Shown: piece after piece, positions 1 to 12,076 of the stretch
Numbering within the stretch: the first letter of the stretch is position 1
How the letters are laid out: each line of letters begins with the position of its first letter
Source: Octopus bimaculoides
Taxonomy: Eukaryota
Length of the DNA: 64,000 nucleotides
Direction: 5' to 3'
NCBI RefSeq assembly: GCF_001194135.2
Contig: NC_068985.1
Location: forward strand, 123,849,753-123,913,752
Translations under genes and position numbers: made by a program
Notes under the pieces: model-generated
Told to the model about the DNA's origin: nothing
Seen by the model: the letters and a program-made list of their open reading frames with translations, nothing else
Databases searched by the model: none

Positions 1-95
1 TTTCAATTGGTTGGCCAGACTGCTAAAAGCAGTACTCTTGTGGATATGTAACCGAGGTTTGACCTTGTTCTCTTCAGTTTTCTTTCTTGTGTTAC

Positions 96-750
96 ATGGC
101 CGCTCCACTGGCAGTGTGCACCAAGGAAGAACAGAGATCAGTGATTCGATTTCTCAGGTCTAAAGGTGAGTCGGTGGCTAAAATTCGTAACAAGCTTTCA
201 GCACAATATGGGAACAGCGTTCTATGGCGTGGAAGTGTGTATGAGTTTATCGACAACTTAAAAATGGCAGGACAAGCGTGAAGCACAGAGAGGGAGCAGA
301 ACGCCCATCAACTTGACTGTTAACGTGAAGAGTCAACAAGCACGAAAGATGGTTCTGGCGAACCGACGAGTAACCATGAATGAGGTGGTATGTTCTCTGC
401 AAATTAGTTATGATTCTGAATATGAAACCATCCACAACAAGCTTTTCATCCGTAAAGAGTATATTTTATGGATTTAAAGAGAGCTTATTGAAGCGCATAA
501 GCGCAATCGTGAGATCTGTTAACGCTTATTCAACTGCCACGACGATGAAGGCGAAGCTTTGTTTTGAGAAAATTGTCAAAGATGAGACCTAAATCCAAAA
601 GGCAGAGAATGGAATGGAAAATTCCGGAATCGCCAGCCAAAAATAAATTCGAGATTCAAGTTTCTGCAGGAAAAGTAATGCAACTGTTTTTGGGGACGCA
701 AAAGGACCAATTCTGGAACATTACCTGGAAAGGGATTCTACAATCACCAG
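96..750 (+). pseudogene. Decayed mariner (Tc1/mariner) transposase, N-terminal HTH to start of the catalytic domain
   Basis: ATG at 96 gives MAAPLAVCTKEEQRSVIRFLRSKG...LSAQYGNSVL..SVYEFI (mariner N-terminal HTH). After frameshifts come KIVKDET (from I.TGDETW), SKRQRMEWK and SAGKVM. Interrupted at ~756 by a SINE. Confidence 0.85.
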
Positions 751-755
751 TGTAC

Positions 756-947
756 TGGCACACTGTCGATTACGACGATGAGGGTTCCAGTTAATCTGAT
801 CAATGGAACAGCCTGCTCGTACAATTAACGTTCAAGTAACTGAGAACTCCACAGATGCGTACCCTTGACTTAGTTCTCAGGGAAATTCAGCGTGACCCAG
901 AATGTGACAAACCTGGCCCCTTGAATTACAGGTAGAACTCATTTTTG
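756..947 (-). mobile_element. SINE family C, degenerate 3' part
   Basis: Diverged copy of the sequence at 2862-3060 and 39947-40140 (...gagggttccagtt.atc.ga.caa.ggaacagcctgctcgt...). Confidence 0.8.
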
Positions 948-1179
948 CTCCTCGTAAATAAATATACATAATAAATTGAACTTAATCAAGCAAAAATATC
1001 TATACGCCTGAGAGGTATGCGTGGAGAGATGAACGAATAAACGTTTGGCTGTTTTATATATTGCATATATGTACATGTATATATATGTTTAGGTGTGTGT
1101 GTATGTGTGTGTGTTTGTGGACTTATATGTACACACATAGATACACACACACATATATATATGTGTGTGTTCTGAGTAC

Positions 1180-1194
1180 ATAGGTGCATGCATT

Positions 1195-1292
<98 letters not shown>
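1180..1292. repeat. (TG)n microsatellite
   Basis: Direct reading; abuts the 5' end of the RTE fragment. Confidence 0.95.
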
Positions 1293-1293
<1 letters not shown>

Positions 1294-2757
1294 CAATGTA
1301 AGTTCAGAGAGGGCCGTTGGACTTGTTGACACGATCTTTGCTGCACGTTAGCTTCAGAAGTGTCAGGAACAGAACAGAGACCTGAATGCGACGTTCGGGG
1401 ACGTGACCAAGGCATTTGTGATTGTTAGTCGTGAAGGGCTTTGGAAGATCGTGGGGAGGAGTTTGGCTGCCTGGATAAATTCATCAGTATGGTGCGTGCG
1501 ACAGTTCCAGACTACTTGATCTTTCGAGTACTGGACAATGGAGATTCTTCCGATGCGTTCCCAGTTTCTAACGAAGTGAATCAGAACTGTATGCTCGCAC
1601 CTCCGCTGTTCAGCACGATGTTTTCAGTCACGCTGCCAGATGTCTTCTGCAGTGACGATGAAAGTAACATCAAGATCAGACTTAGGACTGATGACAAACT
1701 CTTCAACAAGCTGAGGCTATAGGCTAAGACAAAGGTGGAACAAAACTCAGACGACTGCATACTCATCGCCGCTACATAGGCCCAGATGCTGTAGAAATTG
1801 AACTGCATTTCCACTACCTGTAACTATTTCGGATTCACAATTAGTACTGAGAAGACAGAAGTCATGCACCAACTAGCCCCGCAGAAAATATATGTGGAAT
1901 CAGTTACCGCTGTCGAACGGGGAACCCTGAAGGCTGTTGATAAGTTCAAGTATCTCGGCAACACACTATCCAAGTTTGTGGAAATTGACAATGAGGACAA
2001 TATGCACATCGCCAAGAGAAGCTCAATATTCGGGCGACTGTATGACTCAGTGTAGGAGAGGTGAGATATTAGGTTGGCCACGAAGTCGATTGTGTACCAA
2101 GCCAACTCCACTGTACGCCTGTGAGACATGGATAGTTTATGAAAACCAAGCCCTGAACTAAACCGCTTCCAAACGAACTGTTTGAAAGCTGTTGGAAATC
2201 ACCTGAGGAAGCAAGGTCCCAGATACGGAGGTCCTCGCTCGTGCTAATCTGTTAAGCAGCTAGACACTGGTGCGGAGTGCCTAAATCAGATGGACAATCC
2301 ATTTTGTTCGAATGCTCGACACACGCCTCTTCAAGAAACTGTTTTACAGCGAACTGGCGGAGGGAAGGTGCACACATGTTGGAGAGAAAAAGTGCTTCAA
2401 GGACACGCTCAAAGCCTCGTTCAAAGGCTTTGAGATGGGAAACACATGCGCTAGACTACCCTGCCTCGTGAAGATGTACCAGCAGAGGTGCCACTCCTAC
2501 AAACATATCAGTTCAGAACAAGTCGAAAGCCAACTCCTTGTCCTTAGTCCCCGCAGACCACCGGTGCCCGACATGCGACAGAGCCTTCCGAGTATGCATC
2601 AGACAGATCGGCCACTACTACCAACGTTACTGTCATCCCCATCACCATCACCACACTACTAAGTTCATGGCTTAGGACTGATGACAAACTCTTCAACTCT
2701 GCCCCGTCTTCTCCCACGTGATGTTCTTGGTTATCGTCAATGACAACAGACAAACGA
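1294..2757 (+). mobile_element. 5'-truncated RTE-clade (BovB-like) LINE: decayed reverse transcriptase, C-terminal C2H2 motif and 3' UTR
   Basis: Piecewise translation gives QCKFREGRWTVDTIF, FGCLDKFISMVR, NEVNQNCMLAPPLFSTMFS, FGFTISTEKTEVMHQ, VDKFKYLGNTLS, LYACETW, RLFKKLFYSELAEG, KCFKDTLKAS and DHRCPTCDRAFR, with many stops and frameshifts. Confidence 0.92.
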
Positions 2758-2861
2758 TCAGACGGATGACACGCAAATTCCTGAAGCGTTCCATATTTTT
2801 AAAACACTGGCAGTGCCCCAGCATGGCCACAGCCTCAGGGCTGAAACGTATAAAAAGAGTA

Positions 2862-3256
2862 TGTTGTTGTTGTTGTCACTCCGTCGCTTACGACGTCGAG
2901 GGTTCCAGTTGATCCGACCAACGGAACAGCCTGCTTGTGAAATTAACGTGCAAGTGGCTGAGCACTCCACAGACACGTGTACCCTTAATGTTGTTCTCGG
3001 GGAGATTCAGCGTGACAGAGAGTGTGACGAGGCTGGCCCCTTTGAAATACAGGCACAACAGTAACAGGAAGAAAGAGTGAGAGAAAGTTGTGGTGGAAGA
3101 GTACAGCAGGGTTCGCCACCATCCCCTGCCGGAGCCTAGTGGAGCTTTAGGTGTTTTCGCTCAATAAACACTCACAACGCCCGGTCTGGAAATCGAAACC
3201 GCGATCCTATGACCGCGAGTCCGCTGCCTTAACCACTGGGCCATTGCGCTTCCACA
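2862..3256 (-). mobile_element. Full-length tRNA-derived SINE, family C
   Basis: Minus strand has an A-box (TGGCCCAGTGG), a B-box-like GGTTTCGATTTCC, a ~300-bp body and a (CAA)n tail. Near-identical copy at 39947-40251. Confidence 0.9.
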
Positions 3257-3272
3257 TAAAAAGAATATATGT

Positions 3273-3336
<64 letters not shown>

Positions 3337-3344
3337 ATACACTT

Positions 3345-3480
3345 ATTAACAATCTTTTATCCAAAAAGTTTGCGATCGGAACTGTTCTTGATATTTGATA
3401 TTTTTAGATTTCGGAACGATTATGTATAAAATGGGTTAGCATGGGGATGTGACCCCAGTCTAAGCACGCTATTTCATTTT
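3345..3480 (+). mobile_element. pogo/Tigger-like DNA transposon end (resembles the Tigger4/MER46 left end as recalled)
   Basis: CTTTTATCCAAAAAGTTTGCGATCGGAACTGTT...GGGGATGTGACCCCAGTCTAAGCACG..TTCATTT is colinear with the remembered Tigger4/MER46 terminus. Not database-verified. Confidence 0.45.
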
Positions 3481-3759
3481 ATTTATTTATTGGTAGTTTT
3501 TATGCAAATTAGGGATTAGAGCAGTTTCGCACGACGTGTATCAATGTTAGGTTTAGAATGTTTCGTTTTTCACCTAAAGCTAAGAATTTTTTTTTTCCTG
3601 GTTCGTTTCAGTTTGTTGACTGCTCAAACAGCTAACCATCGCTTTCACTTTTTACACTTTCAGTAACGCTACACTTTGTAACGGCGCGTACACAAACATC
3701 AACTCGTGTGCATACACACGCACGCACGCACGCACGCTCTCCCACTCTCTCTCTCTCTG

Positions 3760-3804
<45 letters not shown>

Positions 3805-4930
3805 CTTTCCCACTCTCACAAACGCATATATATCTTTTGGTCAAACGTGGAAATATTTTCTCCACGACAAACTAAAATGAAAAGCCTTTAGAGTTTAAAT
3901 ATCTCTGAAACATATTTGAACCTGTCTTAGATTTGCATTATTTCCGTATCTGCTTTACACAGCAACCCACGAATTTATTACAGACTGACGGTTTATGTGT
4001 GTGGTCATTGAATAATATTGACTGATTTACAATAAAGAAAGCAAAGCAATCTAATCAGCTCAGAGTTGCTTCTCTTTGTATAGGATGCTTAAAACAGCTG
4101 ATGAGTTCGAAATTTATGCATCAGTCCAGGTGAGAACGTTCGGAGCTGACTATCGTTTTTTAAAGACGTTTTTGTACTATGTGAGAATTATTTTTATCCA
4201 CGATAACATATTTGAGCTGGATTTAAGCTTGCTTATTACACACACACACACAGACACACACAAATAGACTGACAGATAGGTAGATATGTGTATGTATACA
4301 TGTATGTATGTATTGTCGGGCAAGCGGGTTATTTTGCTATCTTTGAAATCATACTTGGCAAAAGAAAATACGGAAATGCATGCGGGATGAACGTATAAGT
4401 TTGTAATAACATTGATCATGACTAAACATATCGAGTTAGAGAAGTGCTGTTGACAATAGTTACAACTGATGTGAAAGGGTTAGGGTTAGGGTTAGTCAAA
4501 CTTTGTTAAAAGTTTTGCGCAAATTTATTACTTTCCACCTCATAAATTTCTGAAAGATGTTTCATTATTTCTTTTTATTTCCATTTTATAAATGTTAAAA
4601 TGTTATTTAGAATACAAACTAAGAGAAAAATACGACTTCAGGTTACTTTTCTTCAAAAAAATAAGTAAAACAAAATAGAAAGTGTAAAAAAGCGAAAGTG
4701 ATGTTTGGCTGCTTTGTGTGGTTGAAAAACTGAAGCGAAATTGAAAAAATGTATCTGTAATACTAATTTAAAACTTTTATTAGAGGAGATGAGTTTATAT
4801 TAATATATTCTATTGATACAAATTCATTTATATTCATATTCATGTTTATCTTCATAAAATGTATATTCCATGTAGTGTCGAGACGAACGGAACTAAAGAA
4901 TTGTAATGACATAAATTCGAGTTTTCGATC

Positions 4931-4961
<31 letters not shown>

Positions 4962-4976
4962 AATATATATATATAT

Positions 4977-5047
<71 letters not shown>

Positions 5048-5070
5048 TATATACACATATATATATATTC

Positions 5071-5103
<33 letters not shown>

Positions 5104-5980
5104 TGTATCTATCTATATATCTACATATCTATCTTTCTCTATATATGTATATCATGAAGCAGTAAACGTCGTAAAACTCAAATCCTAATTATATGTCGAA
5201 TACCAGAAATCAAACCAAATTGGAAATAAAGCAAAAACGACAACGAGAGAAGAAAAATCCTCAACAAAAGCATGAAGCACCCCCTCATATCCACAATAAC
5301 ACGACGCTACTATGTGTATGTAGCAACTCTGGGGATCAGTTCGTGAGACATTAAGCATAATTGGCTATAGTTTTCTGTATAAGAAATACCCAAATGGCTT
5401 TACATCGACTCAGTGATGTCTAGCTAGAATGATAACTGCAATAAGATAAATAATAAATTAAGAAAAAAAAACAATAAAGTAGACAACAGCAGTAATGCCA
5501 AGATCAACAAATAACAATAAGATTATTTAATTTCTAAATAATATAATTTTTCGACACCAACAAACACACATGTCTGAATATTTTATTTTGCGATTTGTTC
5601 GCTTTAAGTTCCGCATGCAGCAATGTAGCTAGACGTTATTCACCGAGTCACAATAAGCAGAAACATGCCCAGAGTTACCTTCCATTAAAAAAAAAACTGA
5701 GTTGGGTCTAATATCGTTTTTTTTCTCCCCACCTCTCTCTCTCTCTCTCCCTCTCTATCTCTCACTCACTCTTCGCATATTTGCAGCATTAAATTACCAA
5801 GAGCTGCTGACATTGACTATCTGGTGGCATTCCTACAATTGTAAAAAAAGGTGGAAAAATCAAACAATTTTCCTGAGAAATGCTGAAATTCTGTTGGACA
5901 ATAAATTAGTAGGAACGGAAGTGCAGCGGATAAGATGTATCTAATGGTTTTTTATTAAGTTCCTTACATTCTCAGTTTAA

Positions 5981-6012
5981 AACCCTAACCCTAACCCTAA
6001 CCCTAACCCTAA
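5981..6012 (-). repeat. Interstitial telomere-type (TTAGGG)5
   Basis: aaccctaaccctaaccctaaccctaaccctaa; a second (GGGTTA)3 tract lies at 4477-4494 in the opposite orientation. Confidence 0.85.
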
Positions 6013-6376
6013 ACCCATATTGGATTTTCCTTTATATAAAGATGGGGTGAACAGAATAACAACCACTATGCTTAGGCAACGAGCGTCATCGAGTACCAGT
6101 TAAGCTCCAAGCAATTGGAAACACATAATGTTTCATTTTCTTCAAAAGGCTTCTACTCCACGGAGGCTACTCATAGCAAAAGCATAAGTCTCGCGACGTA
6201 TTCCATGTGTTTTAAAATAAATTGTAGCTACTGTGTAGAATTCTTTCATTGGGGCAGAAAAAGCTGTTATAATTGTTTTAGCTTAACACCAGCCCTGATC
6301 AAACAGGCTTATAATCAAAGACGCTCTAGTTGCGACCAACCCATCTTTCTGTATATCTAGAATATTACCCAATATA

Positions 6377-7094
6377 CGAAGTCTGCTCAATAAGTATTCG
6401 GACTGTTGCTATAGTAACGAAATTAAACCACACAGAGTAAAGCTGCTTGGCACACATTGATCTTGAACGCTGCTGTGTATTTGCACTACGTTTTAACATT
6501 CTAGCTCACTTCCGCTGTTTACAGCAGGGCTTGTAAAAAGGTGTGTAGCGTACGATCGTCGCAACCTGCTCATAGGCCTACACAAAGTTGCAGAAAGTGT
6601 ATGGAGAGTGGTGTATGAGCCGCATACAAGTGTACGAGTCGTTCAGACGTTTCCAAGATGGCCGAGAAAATGTCGATATTGACAAACGTTCCGGGAGACC
6701 TACAACCAACAGAACTGAGAAATCCATAGCTGATGTGCGTGCATCTGAGAGAGTGTCGGCCAAGTTTGCGCCAAAACTGCTTTCAGCTGACTAAAAAGAC
6801 ATTCGGGGTTTCAGTTGCGCAAGATCTCCTTGAGTGTGCCGAGAACGATGAAAACTTTTTGAAAACTTTGTGTAGGGCTTTGAGCAAGTATCGCCAAGCT
6901 TTTGGCAAAATTTGATGCAATGCGACAACCACACATTACATACCTTGCTTCCAAGCACTGCTGTAAACAGCGAAAGTGAGCTTAGTGCGCATGCACAGCA
7001 GAGTCCAAGGTCAATATGTGCCATGTGGCTTCACTCTGCCTGCTTTAGGTTCGTTATTAAGGCAACAGTCCGGATACTTATTGATCCAATCACG
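6377..7094 (+). mobile_element. Internally deleted mariner element with ~170-bp terminal inverted repeats and TA target duplication
   Basis: TA at 6375-6376 and 7095-7096. Left end CGAAGTCTGCTCAATAAGTATTCGGACTGTTGC matches the reverse complement of the right end (CGTGATTGGATCAATAAGTATCCGGACTGTTGC), and similarity continues to GCTGTTTACAGCAG. Internal remnants: KLQKVYGEWCMSRIQVYESFRRFQDGREN..DKRSGRP, SAKFAPKLLSAD, VAQDLLECAENDENFLKT. Confidence 0.92.
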
Positions 7095-7435
7095 TATTCT
7101 TCATTTAGGACGATGAGGTGTGATTTCGGCAACAATAATTTCCTTCTAATAATAGCGCATTTTGTGAATAAAAGCGGCATTAATCACAGGTTTTCAGCTG
7201 ATCAATCATTGCTTCATTGCATATACGACGGCAAAAGTGCCGTGAGAGTATGTGTGCAATTTGAGAAGAACACATTTTACTGGATATATTTATTCAAAAG
7301 TACCAGTTTATTGGGTTTTTTCATCGATATTTATATGTTTTTACCCTGCAAAATATACGTATACATATATACACATACAGGGATACACATTATATACGCA
7401 CACACACAGACCCTCGTGCCTGTGTGCATGTGAGT

Positions 7436-7599
7436 GAGGCTAGCTTCCACACAGTTCCATCTCTTAAATTCCTCTCACAAGCTATTGGTCCACACGAAAC
7501 TATAGTAGTAAGACACTTGTGCAAGGTGCCGCGCAGCGATATCGAACTCAAGAGCACATAGTACAAAGCAAACTTCTTAACTGCGTGGCCAAGCCTGCA
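7436..7599 (-). mobile_element. SINE family A, degenerate 5' half
   Basis: Reverse complement resembles the head and core of the copy at 56969-57120 (gcacctt..gcaagtgtctt.ctactatag...ttgtgag.g.attt). Confidence 0.7.
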
Positions 7600-8371
7600 A
7601 TTTGTAACTGGTCCTTCTGATCGGTTAGGTAACTAAAGTTCAACACCTTGTCGTGATCAAGTGCATCCAAACAATGATGGTTTGTCTGGTTGCATGATAC
7701 CTCATCATTTCGGACACACTTTGTATCTTCATATACAAAGCTTCTAAAGCAAAAAAAGAAAAAGTCAGGATATGAAAAACATCAATTTCTTCTTGGACGA
7801 GAACGTTGATTTTAGCGAATCTTTTATTTTTATGTATTTTCCTTCTTACTTACACACACACTCAGATACACACACGTATCTATGTATCTATGCATGTATA
7901 TANNNNNNNNNNNNNNNNNNNNNNNNNNNNNNNNNNNNNNNNNNNNNNNNNNNNNNNNNNNNNNNNNNNNNNNNNNNNNNNNNNNNNNNNNNNNNNNNNN
8001 NNNNNNNNNNNNNNNNNNNNNNNNNNNNNNNNNNNNNNNNNNNNNNNNNNNNNNNNNNNNNNNNNNNNNNNNNNNNNNNNNNNNNNNNNNNNNNNNNNNN
8101 NNNNNNNNNNNNNNNNNNNNNNNNNNNNNNNNNNNNNNNNNNNNNNNNNNNNNNNNNNNNNNNNNNNNNNNNNNNNNNNNNNNNNNNNNNNNNNNNNNNN
8201 NNNNNNNNNNNNNNNNNNNNNNNNNNNNNNNNNNNNNNNNNNNNNNNNNNNNNNNNNNNNNNNNNNNNNNNNNNNNNNNNNNNNNNNNNNNNNNNNNNNN
8301 NNNNNNNNNNNNNNNNNNNNNNNNNNNNNNNNNNNNNNNNNNNNNNNNNNNNNNNNNNNNNNNNNNNNNNN

Positions 8372-8439
<68 letters not shown>

Positions 8440-9633
8440 GTGATGCATATACTTATGTGTGTATTTGTATCACTGTGTATACTCACCCACGCACACAAAA
8501 CTGTATGTATATCTACGACTGTGAAGAATGCATAAATATCTATATCTATTTACTTTAGCTCATACTTTCTAAGAACAAGTATAAAACATCTTTCTAAACT
8601 TTTTATGCAAGAACTCTGAACAACTAATGTCACTTGAGAAAATGAACACTTCTTTTACGTTGAGACTTTTGACGGCTAGTCTGCTGCTTTTATAATTGTC
8701 TGATTGCAAAAACCAAATCTCAGCCGACTACCTAGGTTTGATGCACACACACACAGATGCAAAACCACTCAGATTTATGTAGTCTTGCTAGGAGAAGATG
8801 TGTCAATCGTTCGTGACTAGCACTGAACAGTATCTAAGATATTAAATGCTTGGCAGCTCAGTTCACTTGGCTCTCATAATATACGACAGTGCAGATATGA
8901 CCGACTACTTTATAACAAAGAAGCACTGACGTGAGTTTCTTCAGATTGGTACTCAGGTAGGGCTTAAAGAAAAGGTTATGAAACTGGCAAATACCAGGTT
9001 TCACCTCGCACAAGTATTCGTAAACATTTTTCTGTCCCCTTCACTGGTGTATCAAAGAGAAGACAGAATAGAATTTACATCCCATATAATTCTTCTTTCT
9101 TCGATTTGGTCACTGTACCACTCTATGGGAAATACTGGCTTAACCGCCGGAAGCAAATCTTCGCTTCTCTGTACAACATACATAATATACATATTTTTGA
9201 TCCGAGCTCTTAAAAACACAGGGCAAAGAATACAGATCAACAGTTCCAAGTTTACAAGTTTTATTCATACTAGCTGCTACTGTGTCTCTCATGCCTCACC
9301 TGATGAGCTGATTCTGAACATCTCCTTCCCCCAAATCCTACTTGTGCTACGTGTGCTTAATAATCCATACATGGAACATTACATATTATACGTGCACTGA
9401 AAAAGACTATCGAAGAAGAGGACTATATCTGAAGGGGCATAGACTTAGCGAAAACAAATGACTCAACATTTCGTTCAAGGCGTACTCTTAGTAACCAAAC
9501 TATACAATGGTTCCTTTCTTCTTCCATTTTTCTGTATTCATTGCAAATATACGCATATAAATACGCTAATGTATCATACAATAACAAGTCGCACACATAC
9601 AGACACACACGTACATATATGTATATGTAAACA

Positions 9634-9675
<42 letters not shown>

Positions 9676-12037
9676 NNNNNNNNNNNNNNNNNNNNNNNNN
9701 NNNNNNNNNNNNNNNNNNNNNNNNNNNNNNNNNNNNNNNNNNNNNNNNNNNNNNNNNNNNNNNNNNNNNNNNNNNNNNNNNNNNNNNNNNNNNNNNNNNN
9801 NNNNNNNNNNNNNNNNNNNNNNNNNNNNNNNNNNNNNNNNNNNNNNNNNNNNNNNNNNNNNNNNNNNNNNNNNNNNNNNNNNNNNNNNNNNNNNNNNNNN
9901 NNNNNNNNNNNNNNNNNNNNNNNNNNNNNNNNNNNNNNNNNNNNNNNNNNNNNNNNNNNNNNNNNNNNNNNNNNNNNNNNNNNNNNNNNNNNNNNNNNNN
10001 NNNNNNNNNNNNNNNNNNNNNNNNNNNNNNNNNNNNNNNNNNNNNNNNNNNNNNNNNNNNNNNNNNNNNNNNNNNNNNNNNNNNNNNNNNNNNNNNNNNN
10101 NNNNNNNNNNNNNNNNNNNNNNNNNNNNNNNNNNNNNNNNNNNNNNNNNNNNNNNNNNNNNNNNNNNNNNNNNNNNNNNNNNNNNNNNNNNNNNNNNNNN
10201 NNNNNNNNNNNNNNNNNNNNNNNNNNNNNNNNNNNNNNNNNNNNNNNNNNNNNNNNNNNNNNNNNNNNNNNNNNNNNNNNNNNNNNNNNNNNNNNNNNNN
10301 NNNNNNNNNNNNNNNNNNNNNNNNNNNNNNNNNNNNNNNNNNNNNNNNNNNNNNNNNNNNNNNNNNNNNNNNNNNNNNNNNNNNNNNNNNNNNNNNNNNN
10401 NNNNNNNNNNNNNNNNNNNNNNNNNNNNNNNNNNNNNNNNNNNNNNNNNNNNNNNNNNNNNNNNNNNNNNNNNNNNNNNNNNNNNNNNNNNNNNNNNNNN
10501 NNNNNNNNNNNNNNNNNNNNNNNNNNNNNNNNNNNNNNNNNNNNNNNNNNNNNNNNNNNNNNNNNNNNNNNNNNNNNNNNNNNNNNNNNNNNNNNNNNNN
10601 NNNNNNNNNNNNNNNNNNNNNNNNNNNNNNNNNNNNNNNNNNNNNATTTATATATACAAACATACACGAGCATATATATTAGTATTATCAGAGAGAGAGG
10701 GGGGGGGTAAGAACGGTGTATGTGCAGGTGAGCATATGTTTGTAGAAATTATAAGAGTAATTGTACGCAAATTTTGTATATGTCTATCAAGTGCAAGATT
10801 GATGGAGATGTTTAGAAAATACGATTATTACTAACATGCATATGTACATTCATTTATACATACATACGCACACATATAAGCAGAAATAAGTACACACACA
10901 CACACACACGTATGGTATACACACATGCACAATACGTACATAAGCACATTCATGCATGTACACATGCACGCACATGCGAGCTCCTATGCATTGACTGAAT
11001 GATATTAGATGAAGGGATAACAAGATAGGTCTATAACTTTAATTCATGCTATATGTACAGAAAAAGAAGGAAAAATTAGAGACAAAAGAAATTAAAAAAC
11101 GAAGGCAGAGAGAGAAAAAGGATGAAAGTGGTTGTGTCACGAGTTGGTTATAACCTTTTCCTATGGTAGCATCCTTTTATTTCTCTTAAGCACATCGATA
11201 TGCATCTAGATCTTGCTCCGTCTCAACAGCACTATTTCTGGGATAATGCACTAATGCATATGTATATTCATCAGTGTGTATGTGTGTGTTTGTGTGTGTG
11301 AGGGGAGAGAAAGAGAGAGAGACACACAGAGTATGTGTGTGCGCAATAGTCGGGAATGAATGTGTGTAATATACATACACACTCAAATATATATATATAT
11401 ATATANNNNNNNNNNNNNNNNNNNNNNNNNNNNNNNNNNNNNNNNNNNNNNNNNNNNNNNNNNNNNNNNNNNNNNNNNNNNNNNNNNNNNNNNNNNNNNN
11501 NNNNNNNNNNNNNNNNNNNNNNNNNNNNNNNNNNNNNNNNNNNNNNNNNNNNNNNNNNNNNNNNNNNNNNNNNNNNNNNNNNNNNNNNNNNNNNNNNNNN
11601 NNNNNNNNNNNNNNNNNNNNNNNNNNNNNNNNNNNATATATATATATTTAATTATATATATTTATTTTATCCTAATTAATAATAATTCGGATAGAATAAA
11701 TGGGTTAATAGAAACCAGGGTAGCAAAGATCACAAAATAACTGTAGTGTAATTCCTGTTTTTGAGGCAGAAATTCCTTGATATTTTGGGTATTTGAGTAT
11801 ATATAAATTTAAGGAATGGAGTGAATGCATGTTATAACTGCATACTTTATTCCGACATATGTTTCAAAGAATTACAAATTATACGATCCATAGGAATCGT
11901 CGATATTAAAAATGTAAACTTCTCCTCAGGGAAATGTATAGGAACCATCTTAAACTTAAGACATTATGACCGAGTATGTCGAAACATATGTCGGAATAAA
12001 GTATGCAGTTATAACATGCGTTCACTTCATTCCTTAA

Positions 12038-12076
<39 letters not shown>

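Noticed and set aside
4098-4125. CTGATGA-GTTC-GAAA minimal hammerhead-like core
   Set aside because: No stem I complement and no stem III/NUH arrangement downstream.
8978-9400. 140-aa ORF
   Set aside because: No recognisable motif in this or the other frames, and no convincing splice signals.
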